DNA of 63,921 nt, counting the filler, from Nemertoderma westbladi (Eukaryota; Animalia; Xenacoelomorpha): the NCBI GenBank assembly GCA_032718475.1. It is 3 parts of 3 records of this genome, joined end to end, with 100 filler letters (N's around TTAATTAATTAA, not from the genome) between each part and the next. Parts side by side here need not be neighbours in the genome. Positions count along the whole stretch, not along the records: positions 28,864 to 50,977 come from JAUCBJ010000905.1; 2 more parts are not named here. One strand, 5' to 3'. Positions 35,045 to 46,254 of the stretch are shown here, piece by piece. How positions within the stretch are numbered: position 1 is the first letter of the stretch; each line of letters starts with the position of its first letter. The translations under genes were made by a program, and so were the position numbers. Below the pieces are notes generated by a model that was not told the DNA's origin, searched no databases, and saw nothing but the letters and a program-made list of their open reading frames with translations.

Positions 35045-36008
35045 ATGTTCTACGCATGTCCTTAGATCATCATAATGTTGATGGGGTGATGATAACTCCA
35101 CCTACTGGCTCCAGAAGTCGAGGAAATCCTGCCAAGTACCTAACTGATCTAGACTTTGCTGATGACTTAGGAGTACTCTCAGAATCAATAGAAGAAGCCC
35201 AACGGCTCCTCAGCTCATTAGAACATGCTGCTTCTAGCAGTCTAGTGTTGGTCTTTTTATTAACTCCAGAAAGACCAAAATTTTGACAGTTAACTTTGAA
35301 GTCCTCAGCAAGTCTCTGATCGGATGAGCATAAGCTCAAAGGATGGTATGCTTGAGCATGTGGACGACTTCTGTTACCTGGGATCATGGATCCGGAAGTC
35401 AGGTGAGGACCTTCGAATACGTAAGGGAAAGGCATGGGCAGCCTTGAATAGGCTTTCCAGGATTTGGAAGTCACCGAGAAATAATCGGAAACTTAAGGTC
35501 CGATTATTTAGAGCAGCTGTAGTTCCAGTACTCCTCTATGGGAGTCCATGCTGGGCTCTAACCGCTGAGGAAACCAAATCTCTGGATGGCACATTCACAA
35601 GAATGCTACGCGGGTTCATTGTGTCAAGCACAATGCACACACAGACACATCTCCATCTCCAACCAGACACTATATAACATTGGAGGTGTCTCATTGGTTC
35701 CCCAAAGCTTGACACTAGAACAAAATCGCCTACGCTTTGCAGGACATTGCTTTCGCCGTGAGGACCAGCCAGTGCATAATCTTGTACTTTGGCAGCCTCA
35801 TGGAGTGAATAAGCATGGTGGACAGCCCATGACTTTCTTGAGACTGTGAGACGCATCTTAAAGGACACTGGCCTTGAAGATGCGGATGATCTAGCAAATG
35901 TCATGGGTGATAGGGAGTTGTGGCGGCGCAATTTTGTCGACAAGCCGAAGCCGGCAATAATAATTAAATAATGCAGCTGCAATGTAGCATGCCGATCCTA
36001 GTAGTAGT
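35045..36008 (+). mobile_element. 5'-truncated RTE LINE copy, frameshifted
   Basis: Near-identical to 7892-8820; 32-bp TSD gtatgcaaaacataaagcattgcataacttca at 35006-35037 and 36539-36570. Confidence 0.92.
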
Positions 36009-36532
36009 CCAGGCTGCAAATGGAGTGCAAAAATCGCAACGCGTTGTGCGCGGTAAAAGTGCGCGGAATTGAAATAAAAGTGCGCGGAATTGTGTGAAAA
36101 CACCAAAAGTGCGCGGTAATCTGTACAAAATATTAAAAGTCAAAGTGCGCGGATGGGGTGTAAAAAAAGTTATAAAGTGTGTGCAAAACTGCAATTTAAT
36201 GGGAAAAATACTGAAATAATTAGCCATAAAAAATTTTACTCGCTTCGCTCGCGTTTCTTTTCCATTTTACATTGTTAAAATGAAAAATTTCGCTCACGTT
36301 TTTTTTCATTTTGCATTGCCTAGATTTATTTTTTTATTTCTTTACGTTAATAAATAATACCTTTTTTGATTTATTTATTTATTCGTATGTTTGTGTGAAT
36401 TGAATTGTTTTTCAGTGTGGTGTGTGCGTTTTTTCAGTCAATGCGCGGTATATTGTCAGACAGTCAGATATTGCGCGGCTGAAAAATTGTGCGCGGGCGT
36501 TGTGCGCGGTTCAGTGGTGGTTTGCAGCCTGG
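36009..36532. mobile_element. hAT-like MITE inserted in the LINE (TAG)n tail
   Basis: gtagtagt|ccaggctgcaaa ... tttgcagcctgg|gtagtagt (8-bp TSD); subterminal gtgcgcgg repeats. Confidence 0.88.
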
Positions 36533-37349
36533 GTAGTAGTATGCAAAACATAAAGCATTGCATAACTTCAGAACTGAGTACATGAGTAATATATGGCTGT
36601 ATGTAATACACCCAGATACCTAAACTAATCTGCTAATGGCTGAATGGAAATAAAGTTTAATTTAATTATTAAAATAGGCCTAATATCAACCCTCACATCA
36701 ACTCTCACATCTAATAAAAGGCATTGTCCGGAATTATATACATGTCCGGTATTTTACCAGGTAGTCAAATTCCGGACAGTCAATTTATAAAATGAAAACC
36801 ACCCAGTTACAACTAAACAGTTGAACTGAGTGGTAACAATTTGGTTTTATAGTGAACTACAATAGCATCTTGTACAGATGCAAACATAATATCACGAATT
36901 AAAGCAATTTAAAGTGTCCCAAATTAAAAAAAAATGAAATTTTGTCCGGAATTTGAATAGTCAACCCTACTCCTACTGCATGAAGCATAGCCATCCATTG
37001 ATAGCTGCGTCGGTGTAAGTGCCAATCAACTAGTTTTATGATTTGGCCCCCAACATAACAGCCCAAAGAACCCTTTTCCTTGGGGAAATTCCCCCAGAAC
37101 AAACACAATACAGTTGCAAAATGATTTAGAAATAAGTGATTGCCTATATACTACTGGTATTTCTGTATTTGGTCTTGCCTAACTGCCTAATGCTTTCCAA
37201 TGTAAAATTTGTAATGGAAGCCTATACAGCTATAGGAGCGGACCAACTATCGGTAGTATATACGGTATTAGTACGTTTGAACGACACTAGCCAAACAATC
37301 ATGAAATCAGATAGAAACTGATAAAAATTGTTACCTGTACCTGTTACCT

Positions 37350-37829
37350 AATTATGGGACGACAGTGGATGGGCCGTGGGTGTTTGGACTGGTATGGAAA
37401 CGTCCAGATAATAAAGTCGACATCCGCCTCAACCACGTTTTGCATCGTGATGCAGACACCCTCCGTCCTATTTTGGAGAAACATGTCGCCGGTGGAACCA
37501 AGATACAGTCCGACGAATGGTCTGCGTATTGCGGTGTGAATGTTGGCATAACAAACGCCACAAACCCGTGGTCTGCTACCAATGGAACAGGGACCTACAT
37601 ACACGAAACCGTCAATCATTCGGTAGAGTGGGTGAGTGCGACTGGCACCCACACTCAACGTATAGAGTCGATGTGGGGCCACTTAAAGACGTCAGTCATC
37701 CGCAATAAGAAATGCACAACACCGCAACTTATTGCTGGCCACCTGGCAGAATTTCGGTGGAGACTTATAAATCGCGACCGACCTTTCTCAAATCTCCTTG
37801 CACTTTTCAAACATTACTACCCTTGCTGA
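37350..37829 (+). pseudogene. Merlin / IS1595 (ISXO2-like) DDE transposase, C-terminal part
   Basis: GPWVFG, GTKIQSDEWSAY, HETVNHS, TGTHTQRIESMWGHLK, HLAEFRWR; N-terminus missing. Confidence 0.88.
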
Positions 37830-37902
37830 ATGTCTATACTGTACCTTATACCTTAACCAACCCAAACGGCCCTTTTCAGGGCCAACTACTGTACGACCTG
37901 AA

Positions 37903-39104
37903 TGTTCGCGCTTTTAGACCTTTAGCAGTTTAACCTGCCAATTTTAATTGTCTTTTTGTATATCAATTATTTAATGTACTGAAGTTACATCAGCCGAAGC
38001 CAGCCTGTGCGCGACCATTCACCCACAGTTAAGGGAGACTGGATTCGGATGCTTTGATAGTGATTGCAGTGTAGACCTACTGTATTATTCGATTGATCGT
38101 TAATATATATTCTCTGACAATATATTTACTTTCGGGGAAATATTAACAGTTCCTTTAGGACGTGGCGCTTTAAGTATAAAACAGAGTTATGACTTATACT
38201 AATCACAACTGGATGGCTACTGAGTTTCGTAAAAAGCGCATTCTTTAGGAGATGCTTTATTAACCTTCACACTACTTCACACGACTTCACACTACTTCAC
38301 ACTACTGCGCACTGATCTGCCGACCGTCACTGAATTTGATCATATATAAGGAGGATCGCAACTGACACATGTAGGGATTATGAAATAGCATTCAATTCAC
38401 ACAAAAACCACTATAATGTAAGTCGCAGTTGCTACCGTTAAACCTGTTCCTCTAACCTTTAGTAATCAAGAAGATTGGGGGTTTTATGATTATTCATCGG
38501 TATTCTCCAAATATATCAGCATTATACACCAACATAACACCAATTAATAACAGAATCAAATAATGCGGTGAACAGTCAGTATGTGTTACTTATGCAGTGT
38601 TCCATGTGCAGCAATGCATGAATTGCGGTGTGATGCGGTAGTTGAATCGCGTTGCGTAGTGCCGCGTTAATAGTTTTACGTTCTTGTAATCAAAGCCATC
38701 TGATGTTTCTGATGTTTAGGTCAAAGTCTGAAACTTCCAACACAGAAGTACAGAAGAATTTCCAAGCAGTTGTTCTCGCTCAGAAAGGTAAACAAAGACC
38801 GTAATGCATTGCGCGGTTTTCCATAGGCCTCTGTACAAGATAAAATGAAAATCGCTCTGATTGGCTGAGCTGAGCGAGCTGAACAAAGAAGTTCCACATC
38901 GACAGTAAATCAGCTGACAGATTTCGTAATCTGAACTACAATCTATTTAGAGTATTAAGCGCATTGCGGTTAAAATGGCTTGTTATGTCCGCTAAAGCAC
39001 CTATACTGCGCATTGCGGGGGAATTGGCTTGTTATGTCCGCTTAAACACTTACACAGTAAATTGCGGACAAAAATGACTCGTTATATCTGCAAAAGCTTT
39101 TACA
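37903..39104 (-). repeat. 3' LTR of element B
   Basis: Near-identical to 48246-49434. Confidence 0.95.
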
Positions 39105-39130
39105 CTGCTCCCAGAAAATGGGATTTAATT

Positions 39131-40738
39131 CTATAAAATATAAAAAATCACAGTTTCTAAAATATAAAAATACTCTAAACAGTTAGTCTTTCTTACGCGA
39201 ACGGCGTTTACGCAGTTTTTTGAGGCTAGCAAGAGTCCTTTTCTCTTTGGGGCGAGCCACTTTACTAGGAGGGCTATAACTCCTGGGTGAAGGGTGCTAT
39301 ACAATTGCATTGGAAGGTTTAGGGTTACAGTTGGTGTATCCGCCGGTCGAGGTACCCGGTTGATCGGTATCAACCTCAGTGGAATAAGGTCGAACAACCT
39401 TGAGAGCGCGTTTTAAGACAGCAGCTCTTACTGGTCCCTGATGGGTCGTTTGCACGAGAGCGGTAAGTGGACCGTGTGTAGTGAGAAATTTCCTCGGTTT
39501 GATGGTTCTTTCCAACTCGCGTTCTCGGGCTCTGTTGAAATCGATATGCTTCTCCTCGAGCTGATTTTCCTCCGCTTGTCGTTGGAAGCATTCGTCCAAA
39601 ACTCTTTCAGAGAGTAGGGTCGTCCAAGTTCGATATCTTCTTAGAGATCCGAATCTGAGATCCGATCGAACTGAGATAAAGCTAATTCGTTTACCACTTG
39701 GACTTGCTGCTGCAATTTACGTTTCTCTAAACAATCGTAGGTTCCTTTTCCGATCTTTTATCGAATAGTGTCTAACGCGTTGCGTACAATTTTCTCCTCC
39801 ACCTCGGTGACAGGTTGTATCGGGTTAAACTGGGACGATTATACGGGTTGAACGGCGATATTAGGTGTCCGCGTCCCAATCCGCCTAGGTAAGATGGGCG
39901 AATATCTAGGGAGCCCACAACCGGAGTGCCACCGACTAATTGTTCGGGTAACACTAGATCTTTGAACAGTGTGTACAGCTCAGGAGGATCTGTCATACTA
40001 TTAGGATCAAGAGTCTGAGGTTTCACCAGGGAATGAGGAGGTCTGACCGAGTATTCCGGAACTCTGATCATAGGTTTATTTAAGGATCGTTTGAGTCGAG
40101 CGAGTGTAGGTGATACGTCGAAAAAGTTTCGCTCGAAACTCCCGTAAATATAGCGAGTAAAGCTGTGTTTAGCACAACGTCTCCGCGGATGTTTATGTCT
40201 TTCCGTTTGTTGGTTGGGTCTAGGGCATTCATCGTAATAATACCAAAGACGCACGTCTTGTAGGGGAAACGCAGGTGATCTTTCTCCAGTTTTACAATAT
40301 CTCTCTCAAGAATTCCAAATATACGTTGAAGTCACTGCGTTTATCCGGTTCTTTAACGTCTTCTCTTTCGAGTTGGTTTCGAATAGAATTTTAGTGTTCG
40401 ATTCTCAGTTTATCGTTCCGACTCCGCTGGGTATGATATTTAAATAGGATCATTTCCCTTTCGGTGTCTACATCGTCCATATCGAGTAAATCGATAGGAT
40501 GACCAGTAGTTAAGAAGTCCATATACGTACCATTACGATGCGTATAGCTAGCGGTGAATTTTCTATAGTCCAATTCACTCGTGAGCTGTTCCTTTGACAT
40601 TAGCGGTTCAATATAACGGCCATCGTCCTCCGTAGTAGTTGGACTAGCTTTGCCGCGTATTAAGCTATCAACAAACGCTTGCAATGGTAGGGTATATCGC
40701 TCCCTGATACCAAGATCATATTCTATCAACTCAGTCAT
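39131..40738 (-). pseudogene. Fragmented additional ORF of unknown function between pol and the 3' LTR
   Basis: Successive same-strand ORFs 40738-40391, 40254-39772, 39599-39297 and 39397-39131 starting at ATG 40738; no motif recognised. Confidence 0.5.
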
Positions 40739-41199
40739 AGCTGCTATATGAGTTTATCGATATTATAATTAATTATAATTTAGGCTAGCGGTCGTTGCTG
40801 CCTCCCCCTCAATGCCCCCGGACAGCGCAAGCTCCTCAGCGCTGATGTACTGTCGCCGCTGTGTCTATCGCCAACGTAGTAGCTGCACAACGACAACAAC
40901 AACCAGCGCGAGTCACTCCACTGTCAGTCCCAAGGGCTTAGATTTACTTCAGGTTCTTACTGCAGAGGTAGGGCTACTTTCACAACTGCGACTCGCTACT
41001 GTAAACACACTTTAGTAGTAACATTCACCTATAAACGCACAAATTCCACACAACTGTCACAAATTGTACACATTCGGGCCATTTGTCCGTTAGTCAAGTG
41101 CCTTCCTGAATGCCACGTTATTATTATGTATCCCTGGATACTAGCAGTGCGCTATTTATTCCATATGCTATTCAATGGGGCAAGCTTTTTATTGTTCTT

Positions 41200-41922
41200 T
41201 TAACTCACTTCTAATTCTAGCGTGGTTGTTGCCATGGTGTCTTTCCAGTCTCTTTCCAGTAAACATAAACGACCAACTGGGGGATTGAGTTGTTGTGTTT
41301 CGAATACAATTCCAGGTTTTCTCTTCGTCCTGGAATAGTGACGATGGAAACATCGCTTCAAATACACGACAGCCTTACAAAGCCGATTCCAGGAGCTAGA
41401 GTGATTTATCGCTCTCTGCAGGAGAGGTGAGAGTCCCTGCGTGATGTATGGTGTTCCAGATTTCCAGTCCCTTTCTCTAATTTCCACGACAGATTTATTT
41501 GTGGCGGGGGAGTTTAGATCCATAGCGTCGTCCCCTGAAATGTGTAGTACAGACAGATCAATCACGGGTTTAAATAACTTTGATTTACTCGTCCGGGTTT
41601 TAGGTTTGACTTTCTCCGCTCCCTTGGCTTGTCTAATCTCAGCTGTGGTGAGATGAGGAGGCCATTCATCCTCTTCTTTACTTAGGAAGTCGGGTCCACC
41701 TAACCAGTCTGGAGTATCTGTCAGTTCTTGAGGAGTTGCTCCTCTGGAAGCGATGTCGGCTGGATTAATCGTCCCAGGGCAATGTCTCCATTGATCTACA
41801 TTAGAGTTAATATCGTCATTATCTGAGGAGTATGGTGTTCCCTCAGTTGTGTTCTCTCCCTCACTGATTTCTTCTTCCCATTCACTCACCTGATCTACTT
41901 GGTCGTTAGGTAATCTTTCCAT
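41200..41922 (-). pseudogene. Pol remnant: post-protease linker fused to the end of RNase H
   Basis: DQWRHCPGTINPADIASRG...WLGGPDFL...SSWNRLCKAVVYLKR; no RT or integrase motifs. Confidence 0.85.
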
Positions 41923-42069
41923 GAGTGTTCTACGGGAAGGTCCAGTGAAGTACCAACCTACTCTCGTTCTTCCCGCATATGTTTGTAATGGTTGCGGTCG
42001 AGCAGGCCGTTTTTCTAATGTCTCTAGCGCCTCATGCGCATTTTGGCCAAAGAGTATCTGTACTCATGG

Positions 42070-42915
42070 TTAGTCGGTGTTGAATCTAGGGATATCATGC
42101 TGCTGGGTAAAATCGTCTTCATCCCAGTTGTAAGGTTCCACTGGGCTGGTAGCAAAGTTCTTTATCGCCACCATCTTTACTGACCTTATGCTGTGTTCTC
42201 CTAGTTCATCCTGGGGAGTGGACAACGCTCCTACATAATAGTCTGTAGCTACTGTGGACTTCCAAACCTGCATAATTCCTGAAAGGTTCAACTGAGTTCG
42301 GAACTTGGGTTGTCCAGCAAAGATATCTTCGGCTAGTTCTTTGTCGATGAATGTTCCTGTGCTGCCGGAGTCCAGGAGGGCGTTGACTATAAAACTCTTA
42401 CCTGATCCATGGACTCTCAGCTGAACTACGGGGAATTCCCGGATTCCGACGTTGGAAGTTGGCGCTTTCCAAGATGGTTGTCGGTCAGGAATAGCCGGGT
42501 GCGCTTCGTTATCGGTTTCAGTCTCATACGTAAGCGCTCGATACACCGCGGTGTTTGTCATATAACAGGATTCGTTTTCGTCGGAGAATTCGTCGGTGTA
42601 GAATCCTTCCATCTCGGAGCTGTGGTCAGTGTCGTTCACATCACTGAAATGGACATGTAGTTCGGGCTCACTTACCTGACTCGTTCGGGTTCTTTCAAAT
42701 TCTGTGTGCAGCAAGATATGATGTTTCGCGCCGCACTTAGCATACCTACCATCTGAGTAACAGGTCCGCCGTTGGTGTCCACATCTGAGACAATTATAAC
42801 ACAACCGCTTATCCCACATGACATCACGTCTATCCTTTCAGGATTTCTTTAAGAATTCATCACACACACTTAAACGATGGGGCCCATCGCACAATGCACA
42901 TTTTGGTTTGATGTT
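42070..42915 (-). pseudogene. Gag zinc knuckles and aspartic protease, frameshifted
   Basis: CALCDGPH, CYNCLRCGHQRRTC, KCGAKHHILLH, ALLDSGSTGTFID. Confidence 0.88.
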
Positions 42916-42922
42916 ACTTACT

Positions 42923-44578
42923 TTACCTTGGCACACCGTTGTGCACACTCGTTCTTTCCTCGGGCTTTCTTCCATGAATTCTCTTAGGAGACGTAGGAGG
43001 AGTTTTTGTTACCTGTTCTCTCCTGTCACTGGTTCGAGACTTGAATTTACTTACGTCTTTAGGTGCTTTGTTGACATAGTAAGATCTTTCGGTGTCTTTC
43101 CCGCTGTTCTCCTCTTGAGAGGTTTGGCTTTCGCCGTCGTCTGTATAACACACTGGTGTTACTTTTCTCCTAGAAACGGGTTTTTCACTCACCTCACTTT
43201 CAGGAGTCTTCTCTCTAGACTGTTTCAGGAGTTGTAATCTTACCTCTCGGTTTAAGAATGACAGAAGGTCCGTCATGGTTGGATCTCTATGTTGTTGGTC
43301 CATCAAATAGAGAACCCTTTTGTCCCAGCGAGTACCTACTTCACCCTTTGGCAAAGCTGATGCTAAGGCTCCTACAACCATAGAATTCTGGTATTCATGA
43401 GACTTACCTAACCAATCTAGTTGTCTACAGATCTCCTGAATCTCATCGGAAAACTCTATAATCCCGCTGCTAAGGAACTTTCGGGGCGCTACCAATTTCG
43501 CATACAAATACCTAGCTATGTTAGTCCTATTACCATACCTGATGTTTAGTGTATCCCAAACTTGTCTTAATCCATCTGGATGTCCAATAAACTTCAACGC
43601 CATTAACTTGGGAGATCCTTCCAAGCACTCGATGAGGAATCTAGGTTTCTCTCCGTTAGATAGCACAGATTTCTGTATGTTATCTTTATAATATTCATTA
43701 AAAGGTAACCATTTCATCTCATCTCTGTTGAACTTGACGATCTCTCCCACCTTTACCGCTTGACGGGCTTCGGTTCTAGCCATTTGACACGTAAAACTTT
43801 CTTGGGCCATCGTATTATTTAATATCGAGTTATCGGTATATAAATTTCTCGGATTATGATCAGGTCTATATGGAATATCATTATCAACAGGTTTATAATT
43901 ACCCTTAATAGGGTTTACTATAGGAGTTTCTACTTCACTAGCAGTATAGATGCGTGTAGGCTCCACACCTTGCACATGAAATACTTCAGACCTAACAGGT
44001 TGACACATTGTTACAGGGGGTGGTGGTATACCCCTTTGTATATTTACTAATTTATCGCGTTCTAACGCGATACTCTGCTGCACTTCTTGCAGTTCTAACC
44101 TACCCTCTCTTACTGTTCCCTTTAACTGCTGCACAGTCCCTTCCATTTCTCGGACGTGCTGGGAGGAACGTAGACGCTGTTCCTCTAATTGTCCGAGCAG
44201 GATATCCATCCCCCGCCGTCCCTCATCCACCCACTCGACCGCCGAAGCGGGAGCCGCCAACATAGTAGCGGGTAGACGAGGGACGACGGGCGATAAATCG
44301 TTGATGTCTCGCTCGGCGTCCAAGACTGGGACTGTTTCTGTGGCTATTCTATTGGGCACAGGTAATTTAGTACTGTGCAAAGGGAATTTAGAGTTAGGTT
44401 CTGGAATTACAGGTGTCTCTATCACCGAAGGGGTGGCTTCGAGAACAGGCCTAATTATTTCAGGCTCATCTACTATAGTAGGGAGTCTTTCTACTCTAAT
44501 AATTTGGTCTGTGGGTTCTGTACTACCTAAGTCTGCACTAGCTAGTTGCCTTCTCACAGCTGGGGGCAAATTAAGCAA
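42923..44578 (-). CDS. BEL gag core (DUF1759-like)
   Basis: KFNRDEMKWLPF...EKPRFLIECLEGSP...WDTLNIRYGN...DLLSFL pattern typical of BEL gag. Confidence 0.8.
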   Translation of the reverse strand: MLNLPPAVRRQLASADLGSTEPTDQIIRVERLPTIVDEPEIIRPVLEATPSVIETPVIPEPNSKFPLHSTKLPVPNRIATETVPVLDAERDINDLSPVVPRLPATMLAAPASAVEWVDEGRRGMDILLGQLEEQRLRSSQHVREMEGTVQQLKGTVREGRLELQEVQQSIALERDKLVNIQRGIPPPPVTMCQPVRSEVFHVQGVEPTRIYTASEVETPIVNPIKGNYKPVDNDIPYRPDHNPRNLYTDNSILNNTMAQESFTCQMARTEARQAVKVGEIVKFNRDEMKWLPFNEYYKDNIQKSVLSNGEKPRFLIECLEGSPKLMALKFIGHPDGLRQVWDTLNIRYGNRTNIARYLYAKLVAPRKFLSSGIIEFSDEIQEICRQLDWLGKSHEYQNSMVVGALASALPKGEVGTRWDKRVLYLMDQQHRDPTMTDLLSFLNREVRLQLLKQSREKTPESEVSEKPVSRRKVTPVCYTDDGESQTSQEENSGKDTERSYYVNKAPKDVSKFKSRTSDRREQVTKTPPTSPKRIHGRKPEERTSVHNGVPR

Positions 44579-46254
44579 TTTCTGATGGTGAGGCGTTCTT
44601 CTACGTCTGTTGGAACGAGATCTGTTTCCTCCGCCTTCAGGATCTGTTGTATCGCCTTCATCAGATGATGTAAATCCTTGTCTCTTGTCTCTTTATTGAA
44701 GTAGTCTTGCTTCTCTTGAAGATTTTCCAACTCTAGTTGGACTGTCTCTTCAGATGCCCTCCGTTCTGCTGCTGCCACCGCCTCTGCTGCTTTTCTTTCC
44801 GCTTCTGCCACTGCTACCTTTCTTTCAGCCTCTGCCTCTGCCGCTGCCTCTTTTCTTTCAACTTCTGCAGCTGCTGCTTTTCTTTCAGCCTCTGCCACTG
44901 CCGCTTTTCTTTCTGCCTCTGCCACTGCCACTGCAGCTGCTGCTTTTCTTTCAGCCTCTGCCACTGCCGCCTTTTTTTCTGCCTCTGCCACTGCCACTGC
45001 AGCTGCCGCTTTTCTTTCAACTTGTGCCGCTGCCGCTGCTGATGTCTTTCTGTCTTCTATCCGTTTTTTCTTTAATTGTTCTTCCTGTTCCCTAGCGATG
45101 AGGATGCTTTCATCGAATTTATCCTGCTCTACAGCTAACATTTCCGCATCTAATGCGTCTAACACAAATTTGGCTCCCTCACTAGTAGGATGAAGTCCAG
45201 CTAGCCGTCTCCTTAGTTCTTTGTCGCCTATAAATCGTTGATAGTCTGACAGATAGATGTCAATGGCGTCCTTCTTCTGAGGTTTCTCTGATGTCGCTTC
45301 GCTTTCCACCTGAGAAAAGGTAGCATCTGTTGATTCTCCGTGGGTCGAACGCTCAGTTAGCTGAATTTTCCATTGGGTCGTCCCTTGGACTTTAAGACTC
45401 ACCCGTTGGAACCAAGTCTTTACGGCAACTTGCAACGACGTGTCTTGTCTTCTCTTCGAGGCTTCCTCAAAGGCCGATAGTATTAGTCGGATTCTTAGGA
45501 TACGTTCTCGAACTTGATAAAGCAGCTCTCCCTGCTCTTGAGGTCCCTGGGGTTGTTGGAACAGTTGTTCTTCTAATCGCTCCAAAGAGCTGAAGAATCC
45601 CTGTACATATCCTGCTGCCGACCTCTTCCACACAGCTGGATCTCTAGTGTCCTTTACCACTCCCATCCTGTATAAGTCTTCCCAGGCAGCTTCCGATAAG
45701 TTAAACGGGAATCCGGGTCCGGGGAAGTTCCATTGCGTTTCGACAATAGACTTTAGTTCCTCCCTTGTGTATCCCGCATAACTGTCCTTGGTCGATCGCT
45801 TACTTCTCGCCCAATCGATTTGATGTTCCTCCACCGCAATCAATACCCTAGTGAGTACGGCTTCAGGAAGAATGAGAAGTGGATCCGAATAAACTGCTTC
45901 TGCTATCTTTGCTCCGCACTCGGGTGTCAACTCTACAGTATCTGAACTACCGGAGCTATCGGGCCGCTGAGAAATAAGTTCTCGGCTCGGGTGTTGCTGC
46001 TGTTTAACAGCTGCCTCTTGGTCCCGCTTGACTTGAGCGCGAGTGCCTATGATAGACCTACGGTGCTTCACTAACTTCGCAAATTGCGAAATTGCTTCTA
46101 CTAACCTAGGTTCTGACACAACTACTGTAGGGGTTGCCTTTCTTACAGTAGGAGGGGACTTGGACTTCGGTCTCAGATGTTCTGCACTCCTATCTGAGTC
46201 GCAGACTGTTCTTTCTAGTAGACTATCTGACAGAGTTTGCTTTGTGTCAGCCAT
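44554..46254 (-). CDS. Gag N-terminal extension with (AEAERKAAA)n coiled coil (element B)
   Basis: 566-aa ATG-initiated ORF overlapping the gag core in another frame; homologous to 27413-28763. Confidence 0.82.
   Translation of the reverse strand: MADTKQTLSDSLLERTVCDSDRSAEHLRPKSKSPPTVRKATPTVVVSEPRLVEAISQFAKLVKHRRSIIGTRAQVKRDQEAAVKQQQHPSRELISQRPDSSGSSDTVELTPECGAKIAEAVYSDPLLILPEAVLTRVLIAVEEHQIDWARSKRSTKDSYAGYTREELKSIVETQWNFPGPGFPFNLSEAAWEDLYRMGVVKDTRDPAVWKRSAAGYVQGFFSSLERLEEQLFQQPQGPQEQGELLYQVRERILRIRLILSAFEEASKRRQDTSLQVAVKTWFQRVSLKVQGTTQWKIQLTERSTHGESTDATFSQVESEATSEKPQKKDAIDIYLSDYQRFIGDKELRRRLAGLHPTSEGAKFVLDALDAEMLAVEQDKFDESILIAREQEEQLKKKRIEDRKTSAAAAAQVERKAAAAVAVAEAEKKAAVAEAERKAAAAVAVAEAERKAAVAEAERKAAAAEVERKEAAAEAEAERKVAVAEAERKAAEAVAAAERRASEETVQLELENLQEKQDYFNKETRDKDLHHLMKAIQQILKAEETDLVPTDVEERLTIRNCLICPQL

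Larger units (their letters stand above)
31151..36967. mobile_element. pogo/Tc1-like TIR element expanded by nested insertions
   Basis: TA|gggttaactcttcaaattccggacaaa ... tttgtccggaatttgaatagtcaaccc|TA, with subterminal tccggaca repeats at both ends. Confidence 0.75.

Noticed and set aside
37350-37829. Bacterial IS1595 contamination or recent horizontal transfer
   Set aside because: Embedded in eukaryotic repeats; Merlin transposons are the established eukaryotic members of this family.
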